Assembly: GCF_000009705.1 (NCBI RefSeq)
Contig: NC_003272.1
Span: forward strand, 4,050,001 to 4,082,000
Length of the DNA: 32,000 nucleotides
From: Nostoc sp. PCC 7120 = FACHB-418
Lineage (GTDB): Bacteria; Cyanobacteriota; Cyanobacteriia; Cyanobacteriales; Nostocaceae
Direction of reading: 5' to 3'
Shown here in pieces: positions 1 through 9,044 of the stretch. Every line of letters begins with the position of its first letter. Position 1 is the stretch's first letter. The position numbers and the translations under genes were made by a program. The notes beneath the pieces were generated by a model that saw nothing but the letters and a program-made list of their open reading frames with translations, did no database searches and was not told where the DNA came from.

Positions 1-432
1 ACTTGGTGGTAGATTAAAAGTCAAACCACTAATATCGGGCAGAATTTTTTCAACCGCAATTAAATTTTTAATTTTTATGAAGGTTTGAACAAGTTCTTCA
101 TATCCAGATTCTTCAGGGAAATATCTAATAATGTCTAGTCCAATAACAGCAGGCTGATGTTTGTGTAAATTCTGCAATAATAATGCGATATCTCTATCAG
201 AGATTGGATCTATTCCACGCTGATTAATGTCATTTTCATTCATACCTATGATCAGAATTCTTTGATCAATTTTCTCCTGGGGACGTAGTTGCATCAAGGT
301 ATCAAATGCAGCCCATTCCAGAAATTGTAATGAACCCACTAATCGCAGTGAGGTAACAAAAATAATGGCAGTTATTCCTACACGCCAAATATGATTATCT
401 GAATTTACTTTTGTCCAAATTTGGCGGATCAT
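1..432 (-). CDS. CHASE2-domain sensor protein, N-terminal part (the rest of the gene lies beyond the window start)
   Basis: Hand translation of the minus strand from ATG at 432-430 gives MIRQIWTKVNSDNHIWRVGITAIIFVTSLRLVGSLQFLEWAAFDTLMQLRPQEKIDQRILIIGMNENDINQRGIDPISDRDIALLLQNLHKHQPAVIGLDI... This is one TM helix followed by the LQxLE...D..fr.rp...IGlDi pattern typical of CHASE2 sensor domains. The frame is open to the window edge, so it is absent from the ORF track. Confidence 0.7.
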   Translation of the reverse strand, partial: MIRQIWTKVNSDNHIWRVGITAIIFVTSLRLVGSLQFLEWAAFDTLMQLRPQEKIDQRILIIGMNENDINQRGIDPISDRDIALLLQNLHKHQPAVIGLDIIRYFPEESGYEELVQTFIKIKNLIAVEKILPDISGLTFNLPPS

Positions 433-502
433 ATATATTTTTTTAGTATAGGTTTTTATTTATTGTTTTGGCGACAAATAAATATTGAATATCAATGATT
501 GA

Positions 503-1174
503 TTAATCAATTAAACCTTCTTCTCTGGCACGAATTTCTGATTGAATTCTTAAATTTTTGCCTTCATCTGGATAAACTCCTAAAGCATCATAAATTTTAC
601 TCCAATAGTGCCTGACAGTTCTTTCAGCAACGTTCATTCTTTGTCCAATAAAGATATCTTGTAAACCTTCTTTAAAAGCTAGTTGTAAAACCTCTAGCCA
701 TTCTGGTTTTACTTCCAAGCCAGAACGTATCTCTTTAGGTGTGTTATGCAAACCTTTGAGAGACCAATCAACTTTGCTTAACATTTCACTCATGGGTAAG
801 CTTTTATCTGCAACTGTAAAACCACCTTCGTGATTGCTAATTGCTGCTTTTAATCTTACTAAAGCACGAGGATTAGCAGTCTGAATCACAATATTGAGAG
901 TCGGATATTGCCTCATTAAAGTTTTAATAAGTTGAAGACCATTATTAGTTTGGGCAGTGCTGCCAACTTTCTCTGGCATAGCTAAATCAATTATCATGAG
1001 GTCAAATTTCCCGCTTATCGTATGATTGAGGGCCGATTTTATAGTTTGTGCCTGGACAATATCTGCTTCTGGATAAAGTTGTTTTAAGACATGAAAGGTT
1101 GCATATAAAACAGATTCGTGATCATCAATTACTAAAATTTTATATTTGTTAATATTCTGTAATATTCTCTGCAT
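503..1174 (-). CDS. Two-component response regulator, REC domain plus LuxR/NarL-type HTH
   Basis: 223-aa ORF. REC signatures are LVIDDH, the acceptor Asp in LMIIDLAMP, IVIQTA and VADKS. The C-terminal segment WLEVLQLAFKEGLQDIFIGQRMNVAERTVRHYWSKIYDALGV fits a LuxR-type HTH. Confidence 0.9.
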   Translation of the reverse strand: MQRILQNINKYKILVIDDHESVLYATFHVLKQLYPEADIVQAQTIKSALNHTISGKFDLMIIDLAMPEKVGSTAQTNNGLQLIKTLMRQYPTLNIVIQTANPRALVRLKAAISNHEGGFTVADKSLPMSEMLSKVDWSLKGLHNTPKEIRSGLEVKPEWLEVLQLAFKEGLQDIFIGQRMNVAERTVRHYWSKIYDALGVYPDEGKNLRIQSEIRAREEGLID

Positions 1175-1423
1175 ATATAACTTTTTCTTATTGATGAGAA
1201 GGCAGCATGAAGTAAATTATATTATCAGTAATATAATTGGGTTTTACGCATAAAAATGAAAAATCAAGGCTGTGGGGGTTATGAGGTATCTTGATTTAAT
1301 TATTAGTTTTTTCCTTTACCCCTAGTCTTCATAGACAATATGGGCAGGTAAGTCCTAATAATATCAAGATTTATCAATCCTAAATCATGAATTAGTTGAC
1401 TTTTGGCAGGTGATAATGTACGT

Positions 1424-2128
1424 TTACCGTCGCCAAATAAAACACCATATCTCTGTGTTATTGTTGCAATGATAGAAACATTTACCAATCATAAAAAACT
1501 TAAAAATAAGCCGGATATAATCTAGCTCTGTAAAATTAGATATGTAAGTTTGCTGTGGGATTTTTGTATCAGTTATTTGGACTGTAAGCTCTGCACAATT
1601 TTCACTATCTTTCAATCTGATATATATCGATAATCGGGAGGATAGATTTCCTGCGGCGATTTGCATGAACTCCTCTAATATCATCAAAAGAAAACAGCTA
1701 GTAGAAGGCAATTCTTGATGCCATACTGTAGGTAATTCAATTTTTAAATTTAAGCCGGGAAGGCGCGCTTTCCATTTATTTAGTAAATGCCAAATTGCTA
1801 GCGGTAAACTATTGTCAATATGTGCAGGATATAAATAATCGCTGAGTTCTTTTAAAGAATGATGAAACTTTTCGATAGTTGCCAAGTAATATTTTGCTTC
1901 TGGCTGTTGATAAAAAGCGGGATTTATGGATGATACTTCTAAATATCGTCGTATCACAAATGATTCTTGTAGCAAACCATTTTGAATGGCTTCTCCTTCG
2001 TGATACATTCTCAGCCATTGCTTACTATTCCACCAAATTAAGGCTCTCTGTGTTTTCTGATGGGATAAGAACCAATAGAATACAACTATAACGGCAGTAA
2101 TGATGAATAAAAAATTTGTAATAATCAT
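1424..2128 (-). CDS. Membrane-anchored HisKA_3-type histidine-kinase-like protein with degenerate ATP-binding motifs
   Basis: 234-aa ORF with an N-terminal TM helix (ITNFLFIITAVIVVFYWFL). It has an H-box-like YHEGEAIQNGLLQ and a downstream LYPAHIDNSLPLAIWHLL (the LRP..L...GL..AL pattern of the DesK/NarX family). By-eye alignment shows the N-box Asn replaced (LEEFMQIAA) and no G1/G2 glycine boxes (QITDTKIPQ). Confidence 0.55.
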   Translation of the reverse strand: MIITNFLFIITAVIVVFYWFLSHQKTQRALIWWNSKQWLRMYHEGEAIQNGLLQESFVIRRYLEVSSINPAFYQQPEAKYYLATIEKFHHSLKELSDYLYPAHIDNSLPLAIWHLLNKWKARLPGLNLKIELPTVWHQELPSTSCFLLMILEEFMQIAAGNLSSRLSIYIRLKDSENCAELTVQITDTKIPQQTYISNFTELDYIRLIFKFFMIGKCFYHCNNNTEIWCFIWRR

Positions 2129-2200
2129 TTCTGTTTTTTACATAACTCATCGGGAAAAAAGGTAATAGAACAAGAAAAACAGTCAATAAGAGAATATATA

Positions 2201-2227
2201 TATACGAAATATACGAAATATACGAAT
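2201..2227. repeat. Three tandem copies of a 9-mer (TATACGAAA TATACGAAA TATACGAAT)
   Basis: Read directly in the divergent intergenic region between the kinase-like gene (start 2128) and the deacetylase gene (start 2475). Confidence 0.9.
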
Positions 2228-2474
2228 TTTTGTTTACCGAAATTAAATCATTATTTAATATCTACAATATAGGTTAACAAGTTTATATTCTATTAATCTG
2301 CGGTAGATAGTAAGGAAACAGCCAAAAGATTGGCATAAAGGTGCAACAATGATTTTCCTAGCTATGCCAAGCATCTACCAAGCAATCTCTCATATATGGG
2401 CGATCGCCTAGAATTTCTCTGCTCAACATAGAATGTTTAGGCATATTCAGCACCAGTCTGGGAAAATAAATAAC

Positions 2475-3392
2475 ATGGAACTGCCAATTATTTATCACCC
2501 AGATTATGTTGCACCATTGCCTGAAGGACATCGCTTTCCGATGGCAAAATTCAAAAAACTCTATGAATTGCTGTTAAGTGATGATGTAGCACAAACAGAG
2601 CAATTTTATACCCCAACCCTTCCACCCCTAGAGTTAATCGAGTTAGTTCACACCCCAGACTACGTGCGGTCTTACTGCGAAGGTACACTAGATACCAAAG
2701 CACAACGTCGAATCGGTTTACCTTGGAGTCCAGCACTAGCAAATCGTACCTGTATAGCGGTGGGTGGAACAATACTTACGGCGCAGTTAGCACTCAGTCA
2801 AGGTTTAGCTTGCAATACGGCTGGCGGTACTCATCACGCTTTTCCTAGTTATGGTTCTGGTTTTTGTATTTTCAACGATTTAGCGATCGCCTCTCGTGTC
2901 CTCCAACAACAGCAAATAGTCCAAAAAATCCTCATTGTCGATTTGGATGTTCATCAAGGAGATGGTACAGCTTTTATTTTCCAAGATGATGACAGTGTTT
3001 TCACCTTCTCGATGCACTGCGAAATTAACTTCCCAGGAACCAAGCAACACAGTGATTTAGATGTTCCCTTACCAGTAGGAATGGAGGATGATGCTTACCT
3101 ACAAACCTTGGCAAGTTATTTACCAGATTTGTTATCTGAGATCAAGCCTGACTTAGTATTATACGATGCTGGTGTTGATCCACATATAGGCGATCGCTTA
3201 GGTAAACTAGCTTTAACTGACACTGGCTTATTCCGCCGAGAAATGCAGGTTTTAACTACCTGTGTCAGTGCTGGCTATCCAGTCGCCTGCGTAATTGGTG
3301 GCGGTTACGCTGATGATATGACATCCCTAGTTTGGCGACATTCCCTAGTACATCGTGCCGCTAGTCAAGTCTATCGCCAATACAAGCTTTAA
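2475..3392 (+). CDS. Histone deacetylase family protein (AcuC/HDAC-like Zn-dependent deacetylase)
   Basis: ORF 2433..3392. The conserved core starts at MELPIIYHPDY (ATG 2475). Motifs GGTHHAF, FCIFND and DLDVHQGDGT are the canonical HDAC active-site/Zn-ligand signatures. Confidence 0.9.
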   Translation: MELPIIYHPDYVAPLPEGHRFPMAKFKKLYELLLSDDVAQTEQFYTPTLPPLELIELVHTPDYVRSYCEGTLDTKAQRRIGLPWSPALANRTCIAVGGTILTAQLALSQGLACNTAGGTHHAFPSYGSGFCIFNDLAIASRVLQQQQIVQKILIVDLDVHQGDGTAFIFQDDDSVFTFSMHCEINFPGTKQHSDLDVPLPVGMEDDAYLQTLASYLPDLLSEIKPDLVLYDAGVDPHIGDRLGKLALTDTGLFRREMQVLTTCVSAGYPVACVIGGGYADDMTSLVWRHSLVHRAASQVYRQYKL

Positions 3393-3675
3393 TAGATCAT
3401 TAAATAATTAGACATTTCATGAGAATATAGATGACATCAGAATTTCTCATCTAGATCAAACATTAGTATTGAGTCATCAATAATTAATTGTGGGAAAACT
3501 TGAGCTTGATTGATATCGATATTTTCCTATGCAAAATGTGATGTATAGCGAAACTACCCTTATCTAAGCGCTGTGGCTTGGCTGATGCGGTTGATCGTAA
3601 TTATCCTCGCTGGTAAATTCTTGACCTAAAAAACACCAGTGGTTTTTATTGTCAATATCAAAAAGGTTAAATGAG

Positions 3676-3862
3676 TTCCACGGAACCTAACCCCAACCCC
3701 TTCCCTTGTAGGGAAGGCTGCTCAAAATCTATCACTGAGTACCAAAGAATCAGGGTTTTAAGCCTCTCCCCGACGCGGGGAGAGGTACCCTACGAGAAGC
3801 GCTCCGCGCTACGGAGAGGGGTTCTTCCGAATTTATCGAACTCACATTAATCGAAATTCGGT
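3676..3862. repeat. Cluster of Nostocales-type dispersed GC-rich hairpin repeats
   Basis: Hairpins CCTTCCCttgtaGGGAAGG (3699-3717), CCTCTCCCCgacgcGGGGAGAGG (3763-3785) and CCGAATTT...AAATTCGG (about 3826-3862). The 15-mer GGAACCTAACCCCAA (3682-3696) recurs identically at 30272-30286. The CTCC..GACGCGG..AGAG hairpin recurs at about 24516-24534. Confidence 0.75.
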
Positions 3863-4078
3863 TAGTAAGCACTTAGAGTTATGTGTTATGAATCAAGGGT
3901 TACGGACTAGGCAATAATCCACTCCAAACATTCATAACTCAACCTTGAGTGAGGCAGCAAAGTCAAGAGCCTCAGTCTACGGTTCCATAATTCTTAACTT
4001 TAAATTTGCCCGAATGTCGATGTAAAGGATTGTCTAACTCGATACAATTTAAAGGCTGGGAGAGCCGAGGAGAATAAA

Positions 4079-5218
4079 GTGGTCTTATTGAAAGGCTTTG
4101 AAATCGAAATGTACACCGGTACGCCTCAAGGTGAAATCGTCGGCCTCTCGGATAAAATTGTGACTCAATTAGACGGGTTTGTACGAGAACCAGATAGCCG
4201 GAACGTAGAATACACAACAGATCCACTACACAGTTATGAGAATTTGCTGTGTGCTTTGTTGCGACCTAGACGCGCATTAAGAGACTACCTCAAGCAATTA
4301 GGTGACTATACCCTCATTCCTGGCAGTACGTTATCTTTGGGTAGAAGCGATCGCTTTTTTCGTTCCGACCCAGCCAACCCATATCATGACTATATTGAGC
4401 AAACTTACGGCACAAAAGTAGTTACCGCTAGTGTTCATATAAACGTAGGCATTGACGATCCAGAAGTATTAATGCGGGCTTGTCGATTAATTCGCGTCGA
4501 AGCACCCCTATTTTTAGCCTTAAGCGCCTCATCTCCCTTCATCGATGGTAAAGCCACAGGTTATCACTCCACCCGTTGGGGTGTCTTCCCCCAAACCCCA
4601 ACCAACGTCCCACTATTTACCAGCCACGCCCATCATATAGAGTGGGTAGAACAGCAATTGGCTATCGGGACAATGCAAAACGTCCGCCACCTGTGGGTAT
4701 CAGTCAGACCAAATGGCGATCGCCGTCCCTATGATTTGAACCGTCTAGAATTAAGAATCTGTGATTTAGTTACAGATCCCATCTCCTTACTGGCAATTAC
4801 AGCCTTACTAGAAGCGCGGCTATTACAACTAATAGAAAATCCCGACCTAGATCCCTTAACCCAAAGTAAGTTTTCTCCCGAAGAACTTGTAACCCTCACC
4901 GCCAAAAACGAAGCAGCAGCCGCTAGCGCTAGTCTCGATGCCCAACTGACACATTGGCAAGACGGTAGAAGCATCATAGCTAGAGATTGGGTGAATGAAA
5001 TATATCAAGAAGTTTGGGCGATCGCTAAAAAACATGGCTTTAGCTGTTTCCTCTCTCCCCTCCAGAAAATTTTACGTGAAGGTAACGAAGCCCAACACTG
5101 GTTACAGCTACATAAAGTCGGCTTTGACACCCAATGCGTCATCACCCAAGCCATAAGTACCACCCAGGAACGAGAACTTGAACTACAAAATAAGTTGTGT
5201 ACCCAGCTAAAGGGGTAA
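4079..5218 (+). CDS. gshA: Glutamate--cysteine ligase (cyanobacterial type)
   Basis: 379-aa ORF with a GTG start. The N-terminus MVLLKGFEIEMYTGTPQGEIVG and the overall sequence match my recollection of cyanobacterial GshA. Its position next to trmL and the M23 peptidase matches the Anabaena arrangement as I remember it. Confidence 0.8.
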   Translation: MVLLKGFEIEMYTGTPQGEIVGLSDKIVTQLDGFVREPDSRNVEYTTDPLHSYENLLCALLRPRRALRDYLKQLGDYTLIPGSTLSLGRSDRFFRSDPANPYHDYIEQTYGTKVVTASVHINVGIDDPEVLMRACRLIRVEAPLFLALSASSPFIDGKATGYHSTRWGVFPQTPTNVPLFTSHAHHIEWVEQQLAIGTMQNVRHLWVSVRPNGDRRPYDLNRLELRICDLVTDPISLLAITALLEARLLQLIENPDLDPLTQSKFSPEELVTLTAKNEAAAASASLDAQLTHWQDGRSIIARDWVNEIYQEVWAIAKKHGFSCFLSPLQKILREGNEAQHWLQLHKVGFDTQCVITQAISTTQERELELQNKLCTQLKG

Positions 5219-5272
5219 GTCGATAGTCAATAGTCAAAAGTTCAGAGTAAAAACAACCGACTATTGACCAAA
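5219..5272. repeat. STRR-like heptamer tandem repeat
   Basis: GTCGATA GTCAATA GTCAAAA GTTCAGA... directly after the gshA stop, followed by ACTATTGACCA. Confidence 0.7.
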
Positions 5273-5405
5273 TTTTTTCCTTTTAAAATTCTAATCAACA
5301 TAACTTAATGGAGAATTATTAACAAAACCTATGGTTGCCCTCTGTCTACTGGTAGATATTGCATAAATAATATATATTTTTATACAAACAGAAATTATAC
5401 GGACA

Positions 5406-5867
5406 ATGCCTCAGGTAGTTTTAGTTAATCCGCAAATACCCCCTAACACGGGCAACATCGCTCGTACCTGTGCAGCTACAGGTACAGAATTACATCTAGT
5501 AGGCCCATTGGGATTTGAAATTAGCGATCGCTACCTCAAAAGAGCAGGTTTAGACTACTGGCCTTATGTTAAACTGCACTACCATAAAACCTTAGAAGCC
5601 TTTGAAAATGCACATCAAGAACGTGGCGGTAGATTACTAGGCTTTTCCGTTGGCGGTAGTTCTAGTTATATTCAGTTTCCATATCAAGCTGATGATTGGT
5701 TACTATTCGGCAGTGAAACCACAGGCTTACCTCCCACCGTTCTCTCAGCTTGTGATGCTACCTTATACATCCCTATGGCTGAACCAGGTGTTCGCAGCTT
5801 AAATCTTTCTGTAAGTGTGGCAGTAGGCTTATTTGAAGTCCGTCGTCAGTTAGGATATCTACTATAA
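5406..5867 (+). CDS. trmL: tRNA (cytidine/uridine-2'-O)-methyltransferase TrmL (SpoU/TrmH family)
   Basis: 153 aa. VVLVNPQIPPNTGNIARTCAATG...GPLGF...RAGLDYW...LLFGSETTGLP...IPM...RSLNLS are the SPOUT-family TrmL motifs, and the size is typical. Confidence 0.9.
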   Translation: MPQVVLVNPQIPPNTGNIARTCAATGTELHLVGPLGFEISDRYLKRAGLDYWPYVKLHYHKTLEAFENAHQERGGRLLGFSVGGSSSYIQFPYQADDWLLFGSETTGLPPTVLSACDATLYIPMAEPGVRSLNLSVSVAVGLFEVRRQLGYLL

Positions 5868-6662
5868 TTAGTTACCAAATTTTATTTAAGCAATAATACT
5901 TATAGACAAACTACAGCAGAGTTAATCCGTAAGGGTTTAACGAAAACCATAACTATGTTATCGATTTATTTTAATGTATTTATTAATACTTTTATTTATA
6001 TAAAAAACAGTATAAATATTGAAAAACACCCTGAAAGTTAGGTATGTGGATATAAGAAATTTGTATAGGAAAATCCAGTAAAACCGCAACTGGAATGATA
6101 GATTTTGATGAATTAAAATCAGTCAATTTTGGGAAACAAAAGCGGTGAAACCCGTTCTTATAAAGCATTTACACCTTTTTTGTTACTTATCAACTGTCTA
6201 GGCGGCAAAAAAGGTGAGAAAAGTTTACACGGTTGTATTTTAGGGAATAATCAACGTAAAGTCTCGTGTTGGTAAGACGGATCAAGTGAAAAAACCTTGA
6301 AGATATCTACAGCAGGGGGCATCCTGTTTCCAGGAGTCGAAGTAGAGAAATTGCTGATGGCGACAGATGACTGGGTGAGTATATAATCTCCGGTCACAGC
6401 ACCTAAAGCAAAATCAACAAAGGCAACTGTGAACAGCAAACTGTGTGAGGGTGTGTGGAGTGGCAAAGACAAGTAAGCACAGCAACTTTAAATTTTGCTA
6501 ACAGGTGTGAACTTGTCTAAATCAGAGAAGCAGGTTAATCTTGCGTAAGTATCTCTGGTGAAAGTGATCTTGATCTATCTCATGATGTGATCTAAATCAT
6601 TGACTAGTATCCGACCGAAAAATCGAGGTCAGTTAAGCGCTAGTGATCATAGGAGGTCGTCT

Positions 6663-8969
6663 TTGAAACGAGCATTGAAAAAAAGAGTGAAGGCTGTGTT
6701 GAAAAATACCCCTACCCGCGATGATGCCCCGGCAGATCAGTTCAACGTAGTAAACAATCAAGCTAATCGCCGGGCGCGGAGACAAGCGGCAATGATTGGC
6801 CTAGCCATATCAATGGGAGCAACCAGCCTTTTGGTGACTCGACAAAGCGATCAAGCCCAAGCGGCTGCGCCTGTGGGTAGCCAAAAGGCAGCCTCAAGTA
6901 TCCCTACTGCTACTGATTCCGAACTGAAATTAGCTGCCACGCAACTGGGAACTTCCAGAGTTCTAGCGACCAGCGTGCCGGAGAACCCAGTCATCATGGA
7001 ACCAACAGCAGTTTCACAGTTGCCTGGACTAGAAGCTAAGTGGCAAATTTTGTCCAGTGGAATGTCTGTGCAGCTTCCTGCATCAGAGAATATTACTAAA
7101 AACATCGCCTTTCATAAAACTACTATCAACCACCAATCTCAACTGGCACAAGGGGAACAAACAACCAAGCCAGTAAAAGAGATAGCAGCACAACTGAACA
7201 ACGTTAACGGCGTGACTGCTGGGCAAAATACATTACCAACGACTCAACCACAAGCACTAGCTGATGACACAACCGCTAGCGATGGTATTAATGCCCAACT
7301 AAAAGCGCAGCAAGAATTTGCGCTCAGTCGTTTACAAGAGAAATCGAGCCGTTTAAGAAAAAGTCTGGCGGAGTTGCGGTCTGAGGAGTCAAAAGATTTA
7401 TCAAAAGCTACTATTGGGTTAACACAGCCCACAAGTTTAGCTAATCAACTACCACCATTGACCACAAATGGTACAGTAATTGAGCAGCAGTTAACAGTGG
7501 CTAATGGTAGCCAAGATAGCCTGGCAACGACAATCAAGCAGCCACAGCCGATTAACATACAAGTACAGCCATTAACTGAAACATCAGCATCAACTGCAAA
7601 TACTTACGAAGTTAAGCCCGGAGATACCCTAGCGGCGATCGCCAGCAGATACAACACTTCCGTTGCAGAATTAGTAAAAGTTAACAATCTCAGCAATCCT
7701 AACCAACTAAAAATCAGCCAACAACTGATTATTCCCAGTGCTATAGACAGCAGCAGCACCATAGCTCAAGCACCAGCAATAATTAGCTCTAACAGAGTGC
7801 AGTACCCTGGCACTCCTACAGTACCTAACTTCCCTGTAGATACTGCTAGAGTCAATCCCAGCTTGCCAGTTGCACAGCCCCCATCTATAGCTAACAACGA
7901 CAGTGTACCTATCACTGTGCCAACACCAGGCGCTGATAGTGAAACACCAGTTGATACAATTGTTCCACTGGAATCAGCTTCAGCTCCTGCTGAAACCCAA
8001 GGGGTGGGTGGTAATGTACCAATACCCAAAGCCTTTATTGAAATACAGCGCCCTCAACAACCTGGAAAGAGAGCAGCCAGAGCGAAAGGCGATCGCTTAC
8101 GTAGCTTACAAGCAGAAATCCAAAGATTACAGGCAAAATATCGGGATCAACAGACTGGCAATACACCTGTACCAGTAGTTGCCAATCAAAACAACAACAC
8201 TGCCATACCAATTCCCGTTACTAGCCCCAACAACTTTGCAGTAACTAGACCAATTTCCAGACAGCAAGAAATCGCCGTACCAATTGCTGTACCCACACCA
8301 TTAGCACCAAACGACAGTAACCATCCTGTTAAGCCTCAATTCCGGGCTACGCTCCCTGTTAATGAAGCATTAAATCCAGAATTCCTGCCTAACAACGCCC
8401 CTCAGAATCCTTCCGTTAGAAGGGTAGCTACACCTCCTGTCCGTCTCAATGCTTCTGAGTCGCTAGGAAGAATGCGAGGAACTACTGTGTCTCCAAAATT
8501 GCCACCTTTGGCAGCAGTAGACCAGTACTTACCACAAGCAATCGATGAAAGCGTGCCTCCCCCATCAGACTCCACCACAGCATTCATTTGGCCAGCAAAA
8601 GGCGTATTAACGTCTGGTTACGGCTGGCGCTGGGGAAGAATGCACAGAGGTATTGACATCGCTGCTCCGGTTGGTACGCCAGTGTTCGCCGCAGCCGATG
8701 GCGTTGTAGAGAAATCTGGTTGGAATAGAGGCGGTTACGGTAATCTAGTGGATATTCGTCACCCCGATGGCAGCTTGACCCGTTACGCACACAACAGCAG
8801 GCTTTTAGTACAAGCAGGTCAACAAGTGCGTCAAGGGCAGCAAATCGCCGCTATGGGTAGCACAGGCTTTAGCACAGGGCCCCACACTCACTTTGAAATC
8901 CATAAAACTGGCAAAGGAGCAATAAATCCTATAGCGATGCTACCAGCCACCACCAGCAACCGCATATAG
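6663..8969 (+). CDS. LysM-domain M23 (LytM-type) peptidoglycan metalloendopeptidase with a long low-complexity N-terminal region
   Basis: The ORF is open from 6600 (TTG). I favour TTG 6663, which is preceded by AGGAGG at 6650-6655. LysM: YEVKPGDTLAAIASRYNTSVAELVKVNNL...LIIP. M23: HRGIDIAAPVGTPVFAAADGVV...GYGNLVDIRHPDG...YAH...GSTGFSTGPHTHFEIH. There is one TM segment (MIGLAISMGATSLLV). Confidence 0.88.
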   Translation: MKRALKKRVKAVLKNTPTRDDAPADQFNVVNNQANRRARRQAAMIGLAISMGATSLLVTRQSDQAQAAAPVGSQKAASSIPTATDSELKLAATQLGTSRVLATSVPENPVIMEPTAVSQLPGLEAKWQILSSGMSVQLPASENITKNIAFHKTTINHQSQLAQGEQTTKPVKEIAAQLNNVNGVTAGQNTLPTTQPQALADDTTASDGINAQLKAQQEFALSRLQEKSSRLRKSLAELRSEESKDLSKATIGLTQPTSLANQLPPLTTNGTVIEQQLTVANGSQDSLATTIKQPQPINIQVQPLTETSASTANTYEVKPGDTLAAIASRYNTSVAELVKVNNLSNPNQLKISQQLIIPSAIDSSSTIAQAPAIISSNRVQYPGTPTVPNFPVDTARVNPSLPVAQPPSIANNDSVPITVPTPGADSETPVDTIVPLESASAPAETQGVGGNVPIPKAFIEIQRPQQPGKRAARAKGDRLRSLQAEIQRLQAKYRDQQTGNTPVPVVANQNNNTAIPIPVTSPNNFAVTRPISRQQEIAVPIAVPTPLAPNDSNHPVKPQFRATLPVNEALNPEFLPNNAPQNPSVRRVATPPVRLNASESLGRMRGTTVSPKLPPLAAVDQYLPQAIDESVPPPSDSTTAFIWPAKGVLTSGYGWRWGRMHRGIDIAAPVGTPVFAAADGVVEKSGWNRGGYGNLVDIRHPDGSLTRYAHNSRLLVQAGQQVRQGQQIAAMGSTGFSTGPHTHFEIHKTGKGAINPIAMLPATTSNRI

Positions 8970-9007
8970 TTCCTGGCTATCTTCGACTGAATAATTTCTT
9001 TGTTTGT

Positions 9008-9044
9008 AGAGGGGGGTTAACGTAACTCCCCTCTTTTATTTTTT
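9008..9044 (+). terminator. Rho-independent terminator after the M23 peptidase gene
   Basis: Stem AGAGGGGGGTTA / TAACTCCCCTCT around loop ACG, followed by TTTTATTTTTT. Its tail just overlaps (2 nt) the stop codon of convergent rsmH. Confidence 0.75.

Noticed and set aside
1303-1488. 61-aa minus-strand ORF overlapping the 3' end of the kinase-like gene, as a possible sign of a frameshifted or pseudogenised kinase
   Set aside because: The 234-aa frame already spans the full expected length of a HisKA_3 kinase core up to its stop. The alternative frame shows no kinase C-terminal pattern. It is more likely a chance overlapping ORF.
2433-2474. N-terminal extensions offered by the ORF track for the deacetylase gene (2433) and likewise for ndhH (10189-10269)
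   Set aside because: The conserved protein sequences begin at the internal ATGs (MELPIIYHPDY at 2475; [10 protein letters not shown] at 10270, giving the canonical 394-aa NdhH). The extensions look like non-conserved read-through of upstream sequence.
6251-6472. 73-aa minus-strand ORF in the leader region of the M23 peptidase gene
   Set aside because: It has a TTG start, no SD, no recognisable motif and a composition like the surrounding non-coding DNA. I cannot exclude a small protein, but nothing supports one.
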